Positions 1 to 9,713 of a DNA stretch of 64,000 bases are shown here, piece after piece. The first letter of the stretch is position 1, and each line of letters starts with the position of its first letter. Below the pieces are notes generated by a model. That model did no database searches, had not been told where the DNA came from, and worked only from the letters and a program-made list of their open reading frames with translations. The position numbers and the translations under genes are program-made. Source of the stretch: Nostoc sp. DedSLP01 (GTDB lineage Bacteria > Cyanobacteriota > Cyanobacteriia > Cyanobacteriales > Nostocaceae); assembly GCA_034530875.2 (NCBI GenBank), contig JAVRCJ020000003.1, positions 96,001 to 160,000 of the forward strand. Reading direction: 5' to 3'.

Positions 1-2
1 CT

Positions 3-1937
3 CCTAGTAGCAATCCCCAAAGTTTAGCAATGCTGCACCGCTTGTTTGCTACTAAAGCAGCAACTTTACAACAACTCGGACAAGAACACGACCAAATCCA
101 GAAGCTAGTCACCTGTTTTGAAGAAAATGACGAATTCTATATAGTCCAAGAATTCATCCCTGGGTTACCTCTAAGTCAAGAAATTTTACCAGGACAACCT
201 CTCAGTGAAGAGCAAGTTATTAGTCTTTTATCAGAGATATTAGAAATTTTAGTAATTGCCCATAGCAGTGGAGTAATTCATCAAAATATTAAGCCAGCAA
301 ACATTATTCGTCGAGATTCAGATAAAAAGCTAGTTTTAGTTGACTTTAATAGTATTAATGAAGCTATTACAAATTTAGATAATCTCGAATATGCACCTAT
401 AGAACAAGTTAATGGTAACCTGAAATACAATAGCGATATATATGCTTTAGGTTTAGTTGCGATCGCCGCACTTCTCGGTTTCACAAACAACGACATATCT
501 CAGTTACGAAATCAAAAAAATCGGCTGACAGGTGAAATTGTTTGGCAGCACAAAAATTTAAAAGTTAACAAAAAATTAATAAAAATTATTAATAAAATGG
601 TGCGTTTTGATTATCGAAAGCGCTACCAGTATGCAACTGAAGTTTTAGAGGATCTGCAAAATTTAAGCACTATTAACCCTCAGCAAAAGCAGCAGCCGGA
701 AAAATTATTCTTAGTAATAATAGGGATAATTGTAACTATTACACTAGGTGTTGTAGCTTGGTTTTTGCTACTACCAAAAACTGAAACTGACGCTCAAAAA
801 AAATTATATCAAGAGGGAATAAATAAATATGAGGAGGGAAACTATGAAGGGGCAGTTCAAGATTTTAATCGCTTGATTGAATTAGAACCGCAAAATGCCT
901 TGGCTTATAATAAACGGGGTGATGCTTATTATCGGTTAGGAGATTACGAGCAAGCGCAAGCAGACTCTAGTCAAGCAATTTCGCTTAATCCTCAAGATGC
1001 GAATGCTTATTATGACCGCGGATTTGCTTTGTATGAATTGGGCAAGTATAAAGAAGCGATCGCTGACTATACAAAAACGATTGAGTTAAATCTCCAGGAT
1101 GCTAATGCTTTTTATGGCAGGGGATTAGCCCGCGCTCAAATTAAAGATAATAAAGGCGCAATTGCAGATTTTAGTAAAGCGATCGCCATTAAACACGACT
1201 ATACTGATGCTTATTTACAAAGAGGTATTCTCCACCGTCGTCTCAAACTCAGACAAGCAGCAATCCAAGATTTTAATACAATAATTAAAATTAACCCTAG
1301 CGATGCGAAAGCTTTTTATCAAAGGGGTTTAACTCAAACGATTAATAAGCAAAAGGATGCAGCTATACAAGATTATTCAGATGCAATTAATATCAATCCC
1401 AAATATATAGAAGCTTATTTAAATCGTGGTGATATTTACAGCGATTTAGGACAGAATATAGCAGCTACTGAAGATTACAATAAGATTTTACAGCTAGATC
1501 CAAAATTTATTTCAGCTTACATCCACAGGGGTATTCACCGCTTTTCTTTCGGAGATTATAAAGGTGCTATTGAAGATTATACTAAAGCCTTAAAACTAGA
1601 TCCGAACGATCCAGCAGCTTACAATAACCGTGGTAACGCCTATCTCGAACTCGGAAATAAAAAAGCTGCAAATCAGGATTATTCACAAGCGATCGCCATT
1701 GATAGCAAAAATGCCTTAGCCTATTATAATCGCGGCGTAATTCGCGCCAAGCAGAAAAATAAACAAGGAGCGATCGCAGATTTCAAAAAAGCTGCAAGGC
1801 TATTCCAACAGCAAGGCGAACAAGCTAGTTATCAAGATGCCCAAAGGGAAATTGCAATTCTGCGAAACAATTCAACACTAGGAAAAGCTACTCGTCCCAA
1901 GTCTGGGAGAAGAGGAAGAAAAGGGAGTGGGGAGTAG
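3..1937 (+). CDS. Ser/Thr kinase-like (probable pseudokinase) with one transmembrane helix and a C-terminal TPR array; 5' end lies outside the window
   Basis: The frame is open from base 3. Kinase-like motifs FYIVQEFI, HQNIKPANI and SDIYALG; hydrophobic segment LFLVIIGIIVTITLGVVAWFLLL; about 10 TPR repeats of the AYYNRG type. Confidence 0.88.
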   Translation, partial: PSSNPQSLAMLHRLFATKAATLQQLGQEHDQIQKLVTCFEENDEFYIVQEFIPGLPLSQEILPGQPLSEEQVISLLSEILEILVIAHSSGVIHQNIKPANIIRRDSDKKLVLVDFNSINEAITNLDNLEYAPIEQVNGNLKYNSDIYALGLVAIAALLGFTNNDISQLRNQKNRLTGEIVWQHKNLKVNKKLIKIINKMVRFDYRKRYQYATEVLEDLQNLSTINPQQKQQPEKLFLVIIGIIVTITLGVVAWFLLLPKTETDAQKKLYQEGINKYEEGNYEGAVQDFNRLIELEPQNALAYNKRGDAYYRLGDYEQAQADSSQAISLNPQDANAYYDRGFALYELGKYKEAIADYTKTIELNLQDANAFYGRGLARAQIKDNKGAIADFSKAIAIKHDYTDAYLQRGILHRRLKLRQAAIQDFNTIIKINPSDAKAFYQRGLTQTINKQKDAAIQDYSDAININPKYIEAYLNRGDIYSDLGQNIAATEDYNKILQLDPKFISAYIHRGIHRFSFGDYKGAIEDYTKALKLDPNDPAAYNNRGNAYLELGNKKAANQDYSQAIAIDSKNALAYYNRGVIRAKQKNKQGAIADFKKAARLFQQQGEQASYQDAQREIAILRNNSTLGKATRPKSGRRGRKGSGE

Positions 1938-2046
1938 GGAATGGGGAATGGGGCATTAGGAGGTGTGGGAGGATGGGGAAGAAATCTTTCCCCCCACACT
2001 CCCCTTGTCTCCCCATCTCCCCATCTCCCCACTCCCTACTCCCTAA
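1923..2046. repeat. STRR-type heptamer/octamer repeats, a G-rich tract followed by a complementary C-rich tract, between convergent genes
   Basis: GGGAGTG/GGGAATG units followed by CTCCCCAT/CTCCCTA units. Confidence 0.8.
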
Positions 2047-2047
2047 C

Positions 2048-3124
2048 TTAACGAACTGTCCCTCTCAAGGATTCAGCATCGACGGGTTTGATGAGGTAAA
2101 TCTGCAACAGATGCCCAACAATGGAGGCTATCAGAGGTAATTTTTGGAAGAACTTAACAATCTTGGGGCGGTTGCTGTTATTAATCTCTATTATTTTGAG
2201 ATTAAGGTTAGAACACTCTTCCAATCGCCAGAAAAAGTCTGGATGATTTGTATTTAATGTTAGAGGAAATGCTCGTGCAGCCGTGTTATTTGTTTCCTGA
2301 ATAACTCTAGTATTATATTCTCGCGGGTCAATGCCAATAGATTGATAAAATTTTGCCCGTTCAAATACAGTCAAAGTATGAGTAGCAAAAACACTCAACA
2401 AGAAGAACCGCACCCACAATCTAGCTTTCCAATTGTTCCATAGTTGGGGTTGCGATCGCAGCAGCGCATTGAAAAAATCTCCGTGTCGATTTTCATCCTG
2501 ACACCAACTCTCAAACTTACGAAACAGCGGATAAATTTGGTGTTCTCGATGTTCTTGCATGTGGCGATGCACTAAAATGTAACGCCAATAACCAATTTTT
2601 TCAGACAAGTAAACTGTGTAAATAATCCACTCTGGTGGGAAGAAGGTATAAGTGCGATTTTTGGTCAAATAACTTAAGTCAAGGGAAAGATTAAAATCTG
2701 CCATTGACTTATTCAGAAATCCTGCATGGCGCGCTTCATCTCGTGCCATAAAATTAAACGCTTCCGCCAAAACCGGATTCCGATTTTTCAGACGGCGCGA
2801 TAATTCTTTAAATAGCAGAAATCCCGAAAACTCTGAAGTACAAGAACGTTCCAAAAAGTCAATAAAAGCGAGGCGTGTTTCGCCATCAATACGATCCCAA
2901 CATTGCTTAAATTCGTCATCACGTACAAAATGATGCCGATTATAATCAGCCCGTAACTCCTCTACAACTGCCCGTAACTCCTCATCCTGCGCCGAAATAT
3001 CTAACTGCGCCGCGGCTTCAAAGTCAGTAGTGTAAAAGCGCGGTGTTAATAATGTTTCCTGCACAGGCGGTTTTACGCCCGGTTTGAGCAACTCTGGATC
3101 GGGAGTTTCCACAGACTTAACCAT
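2048..3124 (-). CDS. acsF: Mg-protoporphyrin IX monomethyl ester oxidative cyclase (low-oxygen ChlAII/AcsF2-type paralog inferred from context)
   Basis: ETLLTPRFYTTDF, SCTSEFSGFLL and the di-iron motifs DEARH and DENRH; adjacent to heme oxygenase and hemN. Confidence 0.95.
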   Translation of the reverse strand: MVKSVETPDPELLKPGVKPPVQETLLTPRFYTTDFEAAAQLDISAQDEELRAVVEELRADYNRHHFVRDDEFKQCWDRIDGETRLAFIDFLERSCTSEFSGFLLFKELSRRLKNRNPVLAEAFNFMARDEARHAGFLNKSMADFNLSLDLSYLTKNRTYTFFPPEWIIYTVYLSEKIGYWRYILVHRHMQEHREHQIYPLFRKFESWCQDENRHGDFFNALLRSQPQLWNNWKARLWVRFFLLSVFATHTLTVFERAKFYQSIGIDPREYNTRVIQETNNTAARAFPLTLNTNHPDFFWRLEECSNLNLKIIEINNSNRPKIVKFFQKLPLIASIVGHLLQIYLIKPVDAESLRGTVR

Positions 3125-3627
3125 AGGAATCCTTTTATCATTTCATGCCTTACAAGTTATATAAGCATAAATAATTATTTCTAGGCATCAGTTAAATTAT
3201 TGAAAGTAAATTGTGAGAAATAAACTTAATACATCAGCTATAATTTGTGCATAATTAATTACATTTAAGCAACTTTAATAGTAGAAATACTTTAAAAAAT
3301 ACAATCTAAATACTGGTAAAAATTGAGGATAAAAAGATATTAAATTTACAAAATAATTTATAACTAAGTAATACTATGTATTCAGGTTTTTAATTGCTGA
3401 AATATAAATAAATTTTAATAACTTCATAGCTATGCAAATATTAATAGTTAAATAATTTTAGGAGAAATAAAAACAGGTGGGGTCTACATTGGCAGTGGTA
3501 CTTGCTGGATAGATTAATGCAGATCCTCACTAAACCTAGAATAACAATCTTTTAACTTTGGTACTGGCAGGCATCCACCAATGATGACTGCCGGAAAATC
3601 TTGCGCTTGAACCTCAAGGAAGCAAAA

Positions 3628-4338
3628 ATGAGTAGCAATCTAGCCGCCAAACTGCGCTCTGGAACTCAACAAGCCCACACATCAGCGGAAAACGTGGGAT
3701 TTATGAAATGTTTTCTCAAAGGAGTTGTAGATAGAGACTGCTTCGCCAAGTTCTTAAGCAACTTGTATTACATCTACAGCGAACTAGAAGCAGCTATAGC
3801 AAGCCATGTAGACCATCCTGTAATTGGTGCGGTTTATTTTCCCGAACTTAATCGTCAAGCTGCGCTCGAAAAAGACATGGTGTTCTATTATGGGGATAAT
3901 TGGAGAGAGAAAGTTACCCCTTCATCTGCTGCCCGAGACTACATTGACCGCATTCGGGAAATTTCTGCTAACGAACCGACCTTATTGCTAGGTCATGCCT
4001 ACACTCGCTACATGGGCGACCTCTCAGGGGGTCAAATGCTACAGAAAATTGCTCAATCAGCCCTCAAGCTTTCTGGTTACGAAGGTACTTCCTTCTATAA
4101 TTTTGAGTTAATTCCTGATAAAAAGGCGTTTAAAGATAAGTATCGTCAGGTATTAAATCAATTACCCATTGATGATGCTACAGCAGAACGAATTGTTGCA
4201 GAAGCAAATAATGCCTTTGGATTAAATTTACAGATGGCTCAGGAACTAGAAGCAAGTTTAATTAAAGCACTGGGTCAAGGTCTATTTAATCAGCTGACTC
4301 GTTCCCAAAACCCAGGTAGTACTGAAATTGCTATTTAG
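3628..4338 (+). CDS. ho2: Heme oxygenase (biliverdin-producing), HO2-type by context
   Basis: LRSGTQQAHTSAE (proximal His) and HAYTRYMGDLSGGQ; ATG at 3628 follows AAGGAAG. Confidence 0.93.
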   Translation: MSSNLAAKLRSGTQQAHTSAENVGFMKCFLKGVVDRDCFAKFLSNLYYIYSELEAAIASHVDHPVIGAVYFPELNRQAALEKDMVFYYGDNWREKVTPSSAARDYIDRIREISANEPTLLLGHAYTRYMGDLSGGQMLQKIAQSALKLSGYEGTSFYNFELIPDKKAFKDKYRQVLNQLPIDDATAERIVAEANNAFGLNLQMAQELEASLIKALGQGLFNQLTRSQNPGSTEIAI

Positions 4339-4425
4339 TCATTAGTCATTAGTTTTCCCTTGCCTCCTCTGCCCCTCTGCCCCCCATCTCCCCATCTCCC
4401 CACCTCCCCACCTCCCCACTCCCCT
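4335..4425. repeat. STRR repeats (TTAGTCA and CCCCATCT/CCCCACT units)
   Basis: Tandem units read directly. They account for the Pro-rich N-terminal extension of the hemN ORF in the track. Confidence 0.8.
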
Positions 4426-4452
4426 CACACACACTTATTGGAAAGGAACTCA

Positions 4453-5835
4453 ATGGTTTTTCTATTACCTGGTGTTAAATTTGATTTGGATTTGATTCAA
4501 AAGTATGACACTCGCGCACCGAGATACACGAGTTATCCACCTGCTACAGAGTTAAACGAAACATTCACCCAAACTGATTTTAAAGCTGCGATCGCCGCCT
4601 CGAATCAACGCAAAACTCCTCTTTCTTTGTATTTCCACATTCCCTTTTGCCAAAGTGCTTGCTACTTCTGTGGCTGTAACACGGTAATTTCTAATAACAA
4701 GAATATTGCCAAACCTTACTTAGAGTATTTAGTTCGAGACATCAAAAATACTGCCAGCTTAATCGATTCAGAAAGAAGGGTGCTGCAAGTTCACTGGGGT
4801 GGTGGTACTCCAAATTATTTGGAACGCGACCAAGTGGAAGTTTTATGGAAAAACATCAATCGTAATTTCACCATTGACCCACAAGCTGAAATCTCAATTG
4901 AAATTAATCCCCGCTACATCGATAGAAACTACATTTTCTTTCTCAGAGAAATTGGGTTTAATCGCATTAGTTTTGGCATTCAGGATTTTAATACCCAAGT
5001 GCAAGTAGCTGTGAACCGCGTCCAACCTGAAGAAATGTTATTTGATGTCATGAGTTGGATTAAAGAAGCGAAGTTTGAAAGTGTGAATGTAGACCTGATT
5101 TATGGTTTACCTTATCAAACTCTCGAAACATTTCGGGAGACGGTGAAAAAGACTATGGAATTAGACCCCGACCGAATTGTTGTTTTTAATTTCGCTTACG
5201 TACCTTGGCTGAAACCGACGCAAAAAAATATTCCTCAAGAAGCTTTACCTCCAGCCCAAGAAAAGCTAGAAATTCTCAAAATGACCATTGAAGAATTGAC
5301 AAATAACCAATATTTATTTATTGGGATGGATCATTTTGCTAAAATTAATGACGAATTAGCGATCGCTCAACGCAATGGCACTCTCAAGCGGAATTTCCAA
5401 GGCTACACTACCCACGCTGAAACAGAACTCTTTGGTTTCGGTTCTACATCAATCAGTATGCTAGAAGATGCTTATGCTCAAAATCACAAAGAGTTAAAGG
5501 ATTATTATCAGACAATTGCAGCGGGAAATTTACCTATTAGCAAAGGCATTCAACTGACTCAAAATGACATCATCAGACGAGATGTCATCATGTCTATCAT
5601 GTCTCATTTTCAGTTGCATAAGCAAGACATTGAAAACAAATATCATATTACTTTTGATGAGTATTTCTCTGGCGAACTAGAGGCACTAAAACCACTAGAA
5701 GCTGATGGTCTGGTGAATTTATCCAAAGATCGCATCCAAGTCACAGATATCGGCAGATTACTAGTAAGAAATATTGCCGTCATCTTTGATACTCATACAA
5801 GAGCGCGAGAAGCAAAATTTTCTCGTGCTATTTAA
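4453..5835 (+). CDS. hemN: Oxygen-independent coproporphyrinogen III oxidase (radical SAM)
   Basis: PRYTSYP, SLYFHIPFC, CxxxCxxC (CQSACYFC), GMDHFA and RNFQGY; ATG at 4453 follows AAGGA. Confidence 0.95.
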   Translation: MVFLLPGVKFDLDLIQKYDTRAPRYTSYPPATELNETFTQTDFKAAIAASNQRKTPLSLYFHIPFCQSACYFCGCNTVISNNKNIAKPYLEYLVRDIKNTASLIDSERRVLQVHWGGGTPNYLERDQVEVLWKNINRNFTIDPQAEISIEINPRYIDRNYIFFLREIGFNRISFGIQDFNTQVQVAVNRVQPEEMLFDVMSWIKEAKFESVNVDLIYGLPYQTLETFRETVKKTMELDPDRIVVFNFAYVPWLKPTQKNIPQEALPPAQEKLEILKMTIEELTNNQYLFIGMDHFAKINDELAIAQRNGTLKRNFQGYTTHAETELFGFGSTSISMLEDAYAQNHKELKDYYQTIAAGNLPISKGIQLTQNDIIRRDVIMSIMSHFQLHKQDIENKYHITFDEYFSGELEALKPLEADGLVNLSKDRIQVTDIGRLLVRNIAVIFDTHTRAREAKFSRAI

Positions 5836-6288
5836 CGTAGCTACAAAGCTATTGCAATTTTATTTCTAATATTTACCAAACTGAAGATTCCTAAATTTTT
5901 TAAAAATTGGGAATCTAATACTATTTTCATAAAACATAATTTTTAGCCAAAAGCCAGAACTATGGAATTTAGTTTTGGTTTTTTGATTTATCTCCATAAA
6001 GATAGACAAAATAATTATTTCTTCAGATAGATACAAAAGAACCCAAATTATTTGTAGATAAATCAATATTTATACATTAATTGTATATGTATTGATAATA
6101 GTTGAAATTTCGATACAATGATTTTTTATTCGCAACTAATTACAAATCAGAATTTACCTAAAATCTCATAGATATAGTCTATTTGATCTAACTTTTGGAT
6201 TTAGCATTTATCCCATCTGATAGAAAGAATTGTGAAGAATAGTTGATAACTTAGATACAAGTCAGAATTGATGAGGTAATTATCGATT

Positions 6289-6564
6289 ATGAGTATTATT
6301 GCTTGGGTAGTTTTAGGACTTTTAGCAGGTGCAATCGCTAAAGCTATTTATCCTGGTTATCAAGGTGGTGGCATTCTTTCAACAATGATTTTAGGTATCG
6401 TTGGTGCGTTCATTGGTGGAAGTTTATTTACATTGCTAAGAACAGGAACTCTGCAAATTACCTCAGCTGGCGCTGGCTTAACTATTCCTGGCATTTTAGT
6501 AGCTGTCCTTGGTGCAATTATTGCTATCTATCTGTGGGGCTTAATCAGAAGAAGTAATGCATAA
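6289..6564 (+). CDS. GlsB/YeaQ/YmgE family stress-response membrane protein
   Basis: IIAWVVLGLLAGAIAK...ILGIVGAFIGG pattern; GAGGT Shine-Dalgarno upstream. Confidence 0.88.
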   Translation: MSIIAWVVLGLLAGAIAKAIYPGYQGGGILSTMILGIVGAFIGGSLFTLLRTGTLQITSAGAGLTIPGILVAVLGAIIAIYLWGLIRRSNA

Positions 6565-6715
6565 TTGCTATTCGGCAGTTATCGATCCTGAAATGAATAC
6601 TGGTCTTCATTCGTTTTTTATTTTCCATTTGAGAAAGTGATAAAAATGGAAAACGCTACGAACGAGTAAACCAGTATATAGATGTTATCAAATTGTTTTT
6701 TGGAAGTGTAAATCT

Positions 6716-7405
6716 ATGTTCTTTCACAAAAAAGATCCTATCCACGTAGTAAATGTTAAAGAAGCAAATCCTCGTTTTGCTCAATTACTTCTAGAGCAAT
6801 TTGGTGGAGCAACCGGAGAACTAAGTGCAGCTTTGCAATATTGGGTTCAATCATTCCATGTAGAAAATGCTGGAATTAAAGATATGCTCCAAGATATTGC
6901 GATCGAAGAATTTAGCCATCTAGAAATGGTTGGCAAACTCATCGAAGCTCATACCAAAAATACCGATCAAACAGAAGCTTATAAAAGCACTCTCTTTGCA
7001 GTCAGAGGAATAGGGCCTCATTTTCTAGATAGTCAAGGTAATGCTTGGACTGCTAGCTACTTGAATGAAGGTGGAGATGTTGTCCGCGATTTAAGAGCTA
7101 ATATCGCAGCTGAAGCTGGCGCTCGTCAAACTTACGAAGAGTTAATTAAGTTAGCAACTGACGAAGGAACTAAAAATACTTTAGTCCATCTTTTAACACG
7201 AGAAATTTCTCATACCCAGATGTTTATGAAAGCTCTAGATTCTCTGGGTAAGTTAACAGATCCATTCTTTGGCAACATTCAGCCAGATGAAACTGTTGCT
7301 CTCTACTACAACCTATCTTCTAATGGCGGCAAAGATGAGCGTGGCCCCTGGAATTCAGAGCCAACCTTTAAATACATAGCTAATCCCCTCGAAAGCCACT
7401 CTTAA
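6716..7405 (+). CDS. katB: Manganese catalase, KatB-type
   Basis: LLEQFGGATGELSAALQY, EEFSHLE, NIAAEAGAR and REISH; closely matches the Anabaena KatB sequence as I recall it. Confidence 0.92.
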   Translation: MFFHKKDPIHVVNVKEANPRFAQLLLEQFGGATGELSAALQYWVQSFHVENAGIKDMLQDIAIEEFSHLEMVGKLIEAHTKNTDQTEAYKSTLFAVRGIGPHFLDSQGNAWTASYLNEGGDVVRDLRANIAAEAGARQTYEELIKLATDEGTKNTLVHLLTREISHTQMFMKALDSLGKLTDPFFGNIQPDETVALYYNLSSNGGKDERGPWNSEPTFKYIANPLESHS

Positions 7406-7474
7406 TTCCATAGATTGCAGCCATAAGATAAGTTGATTTACAGCAAAGATTTTTGGCAAATTATTGGAAGTTTT

Positions 7475-7591
7475 TAGGACTTACGCACTCAGATCCCCCA
7501 ACCCCCTTAAAAAGGGGGCTTTAGAAGTTCCACTCAATTTATCGAGGGGCTAGGGGGGATCTAGGTTTCAGGCTTCAGTGCGTAAGTTCTA
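7475..7591. mobile_element. 117-bp MITE-like element with 15-bp terminal inverted repeats
   Basis: TAGGACTTACGCACT ... AGTGCGTAAGTTCTA (1 mismatch); TA at both ends; nested internal inverted repeats. Confidence 0.8.
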
Positions 7592-7646
7592 GTTTTGATA
7601 ATTGCTGAGTGCTATTTGCTTATATCAATGTCAAGCCGATACACCA

Positions 7647-7672
7647 TAGGGGCGCACATTTGTGCGCCCCTA
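7647..7672. repeat. REP-like palindrome
   Basis: TAGGGGCGCACA-TT-TGTGCGCCCCTA with perfect 12-bp arms; degenerate relative at 51542-51569. Confidence 0.8.
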
Positions 7673-7771
7673 AGAATCGCTAAAAATATTCGTCAGACAC
7701 AAGAATACAGCGCGATATTTTTGAGTTGAGAAATTACAGCAGATTTCGTGCAATACACACCTTCAGTCTAG

Positions 7772-7888
7772 GAAGTTATTACACTTCTAAATTGCACATT
7801 TACTCATGCTGTTGACTGCTGAATGTTTACTGTCAACAGCTAACAACCAAGATGAAAAGATGTGCTGTGTTAAATATGCAACAGCTTA
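7772..7888. mobile_element. Degenerate MITE-like repeat, copy 1
   Basis: Left end ...TAAATTGCACA, internal GTTGAC...GTCAAC hairpin, right end ATGTGC...TTAAATATGCAACAGCTTA; similar to 14363-14484. Confidence 0.55.
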
Positions 7889-7997
7889 ACCAAGCATAAA
7901 GCTTGTTTTATTCCTGAATGCAGAATTTATAATTCTGAATTCTAAATTCAGCTGGTATTGAACTCTAAATTAAAACTCAGGATCTGGAGATTGAATT

Positions 7998-8741
7998 GTG
8001 ATTGTTAATGCTACTCCAAATGGTTGGGAAGTTATTTATCATCGCGCCCATGCTTTGTTAGCAGCTCAACTAGCAGGACAATGGCGGCGTAAGGATGCTC
8101 CAGCCCGATTATATGAAACATTAGCTGCAATTTCCCATCACGATGATTTAGAAAAAGAATGGGAAGAAGATAATCTAACTGAAGCTGGTGCGCCAAGAGA
8201 CTTTACTTTGATGACGACAGATGAGCAGCTACAAGAGGGCGTTCAGAAAACTGCTAATTTGGCAAAGAATGCTCTTTATCGGGGAAGGTGGGTAGCTTTG
8301 TTAATTTCTATGCACATTAGCCGTTTAAATGAGCCAAGCCGGGGTCAGTCTCCAGAATTAGACAAAGTTCTAGACGAGCAACTTGAAAATCAAAAACGTT
8401 GGCGTAAAGAACTAGGTATTGAAAAGGACGAAGTTGATGCAGCTTATGCATTTATGCAATGGTGCGATCGCCTTTCTCTGATCCTCTGCAAACAAGAATT
8501 ACCTGCTGATGAACGCTTTCTCGAGATTAGCAAAGGCCCTGACGGTCAACGCTATGATATCATGCAGCGCAGCGATAACTTAGTTGTTGTCGAACCCTGG
8601 CCTTTCCAAAACGACAAATTCACCGTCAACATTGAAGCCTGCGAACTCTCTCAGGTGAAATTTGAAAGCAGCAGCGAACTAATTCAAGCGCTACAACAAG
8701 CCCCCATCAAGGTATTAGAATGGACATTTGTTAAAAGTTAG
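7998..8741 (+). CDS. DUF3891 family protein
   Basis: N-terminal HRAHALLAAQLA, AISHHDD and CDRLSL; GTG start after GGAG. Confidence 0.75.
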   Translation: MIVNATPNGWEVIYHRAHALLAAQLAGQWRRKDAPARLYETLAAISHHDDLEKEWEEDNLTEAGAPRDFTLMTTDEQLQEGVQKTANLAKNALYRGRWVALLISMHISRLNEPSRGQSPELDKVLDEQLENQKRWRKELGIEKDEVDAAYAFMQWCDRLSLILCKQELPADERFLEISKGPDGQRYDIMQRSDNLVVVEPWPFQNDKFTVNIEACELSQVKFESSSELIQALQQAPIKVLEWTFVKS

Positions 8742-8794
8742 AATTCAGAATTCAGAATTGATAATTCAGAATTCAGCACTCCCCAGTCCCCAGT
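8740..8794. repeat. AGAATTC and CCCCAGT heptamer repeats
   Basis: Tandem units read directly. Confidence 0.7.
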
Positions 8795-8800
8795 CGAATC

Positions 8801-8832
8801 AAAAAAGAGCCAGAAAATTACTTATCTGGCTC
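8801..8832 (-). terminator. Intrinsic terminator of psaK
   Basis: On the minus strand, stem GAGCCAGA...TCTGGCTC followed by T6. Confidence 0.7.
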
Positions 8833-8882
8833 AAAGCTGGAGACAAAAAAATCATCAAATCAGCGCTGACTTGAGTAAGAAC

Positions 8883-9143
8883 CTAAATTCTGCCCAAGTT
8901 ATGCAGCCCTAAGATAGTGCCTGCTCCTAAGATATGCCCAAAGGCGGTAGTTGCTAGTAAGGCAGGTAAACCAAAACCACCAAAGAAATTAGCTGATGGT
9001 AGTGCTGGTTCGGAATTTTGATACTTGATGGTAGATTTGCCAAAGGCAATGGCGATTATGTTGGCGATAATCATAATTACACCAACTGTAGGACTCCATT
9101 GCAAAGGTGCAGTTGCAGCAGCAAGTAACGTTGAAGTAAGCAC
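8883..9143 (-). CDS. psaK: Photosystem I reaction centre subunit PsaK
   Basis: WSPTVGVIMIIANIIAIAFG and LLATTAFGHILGAG. Confidence 0.92.
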   Translation of the reverse strand: MLTSTLLAAATAPLQWSPTVGVIMIIANIIAIAFGKSTIKYQNSEPALPSANFFGGFGLPALLATTAFGHILGAGTILGLHNLGRI

Positions 9144-9609
9144 GTGATTTGCTCCCGAAATTTATTAATGGTTGCAAATATAATCTGAAAATTTCCGAAG
9201 CCAATTCAAGAAAATAGCTGATATTGCATTAATATTTAACACTTATTTTCACTACTTAATATAATCAGCCCCATCTTACGTGTTTTTGTCGCCAAGATCC
9301 GATTAATGCTAAAATAAAACTAGTACATTTGAACGACTTTAATTAATCGATTAGCTTTGGTATGAAGTACAGTATGCAAACAGCCCAGCTTCTAGAAAAT
9401 AATTGAAAAAACCTGTAATGCATGTACTATAAATTACAAATGCCTTTGCATTCAAAGACAAATAAATTTCACGGCTTATCCACAGTTACGCCATAGTAGA
9501 AAGCTTACACTGATACAAATTTTACTTCAGGTAATTGGTGTCAAAAGTTGCTCAGAAGAAAATAATGTTTTTGCGATCGCTTAAATTAAACAACCTGACC
9601 GATATGAGT

Positions 9610-9638
9610 GCGTAGGCGTAGCCCGTCGCAGACATCGC
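9610..9638. repeat. 21-nt small dispersed repeat inserted into a HIP1 site
   Basis: GCG|TAGGCGTAGCCCGTCGCAGAC|ATCGC; removing the insert restores GCGATCGC. Confidence 0.75.
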
Positions 9639-9713
9639 ATTAATTATCTAGATTTGACAACTTCAAGTCAAGAATGGCTGTTATTATTACTTCAGATTCA
9701 AAGTAAATTACAG

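Noticed and set aside
1832..2032. 66-aa minus-strand ORF rich in G/W/P
   Set aside because: It is a translation of STRR repeats and overlaps the TPR gene antisense.
2949..2983. 14-nt direct repeat GCCCGTAACTCCTC twice inside acsF
   Set aside because: In frame; it only encodes EELRA twice within a helix, with no sign of an insertion element.
4360..4452. Pro-rich N-terminal extension of HemN in the ORF track
   Set aside because: Derived from C-rich repeats; the ATG at 4453 has an RBS and gives a normal-length protein.
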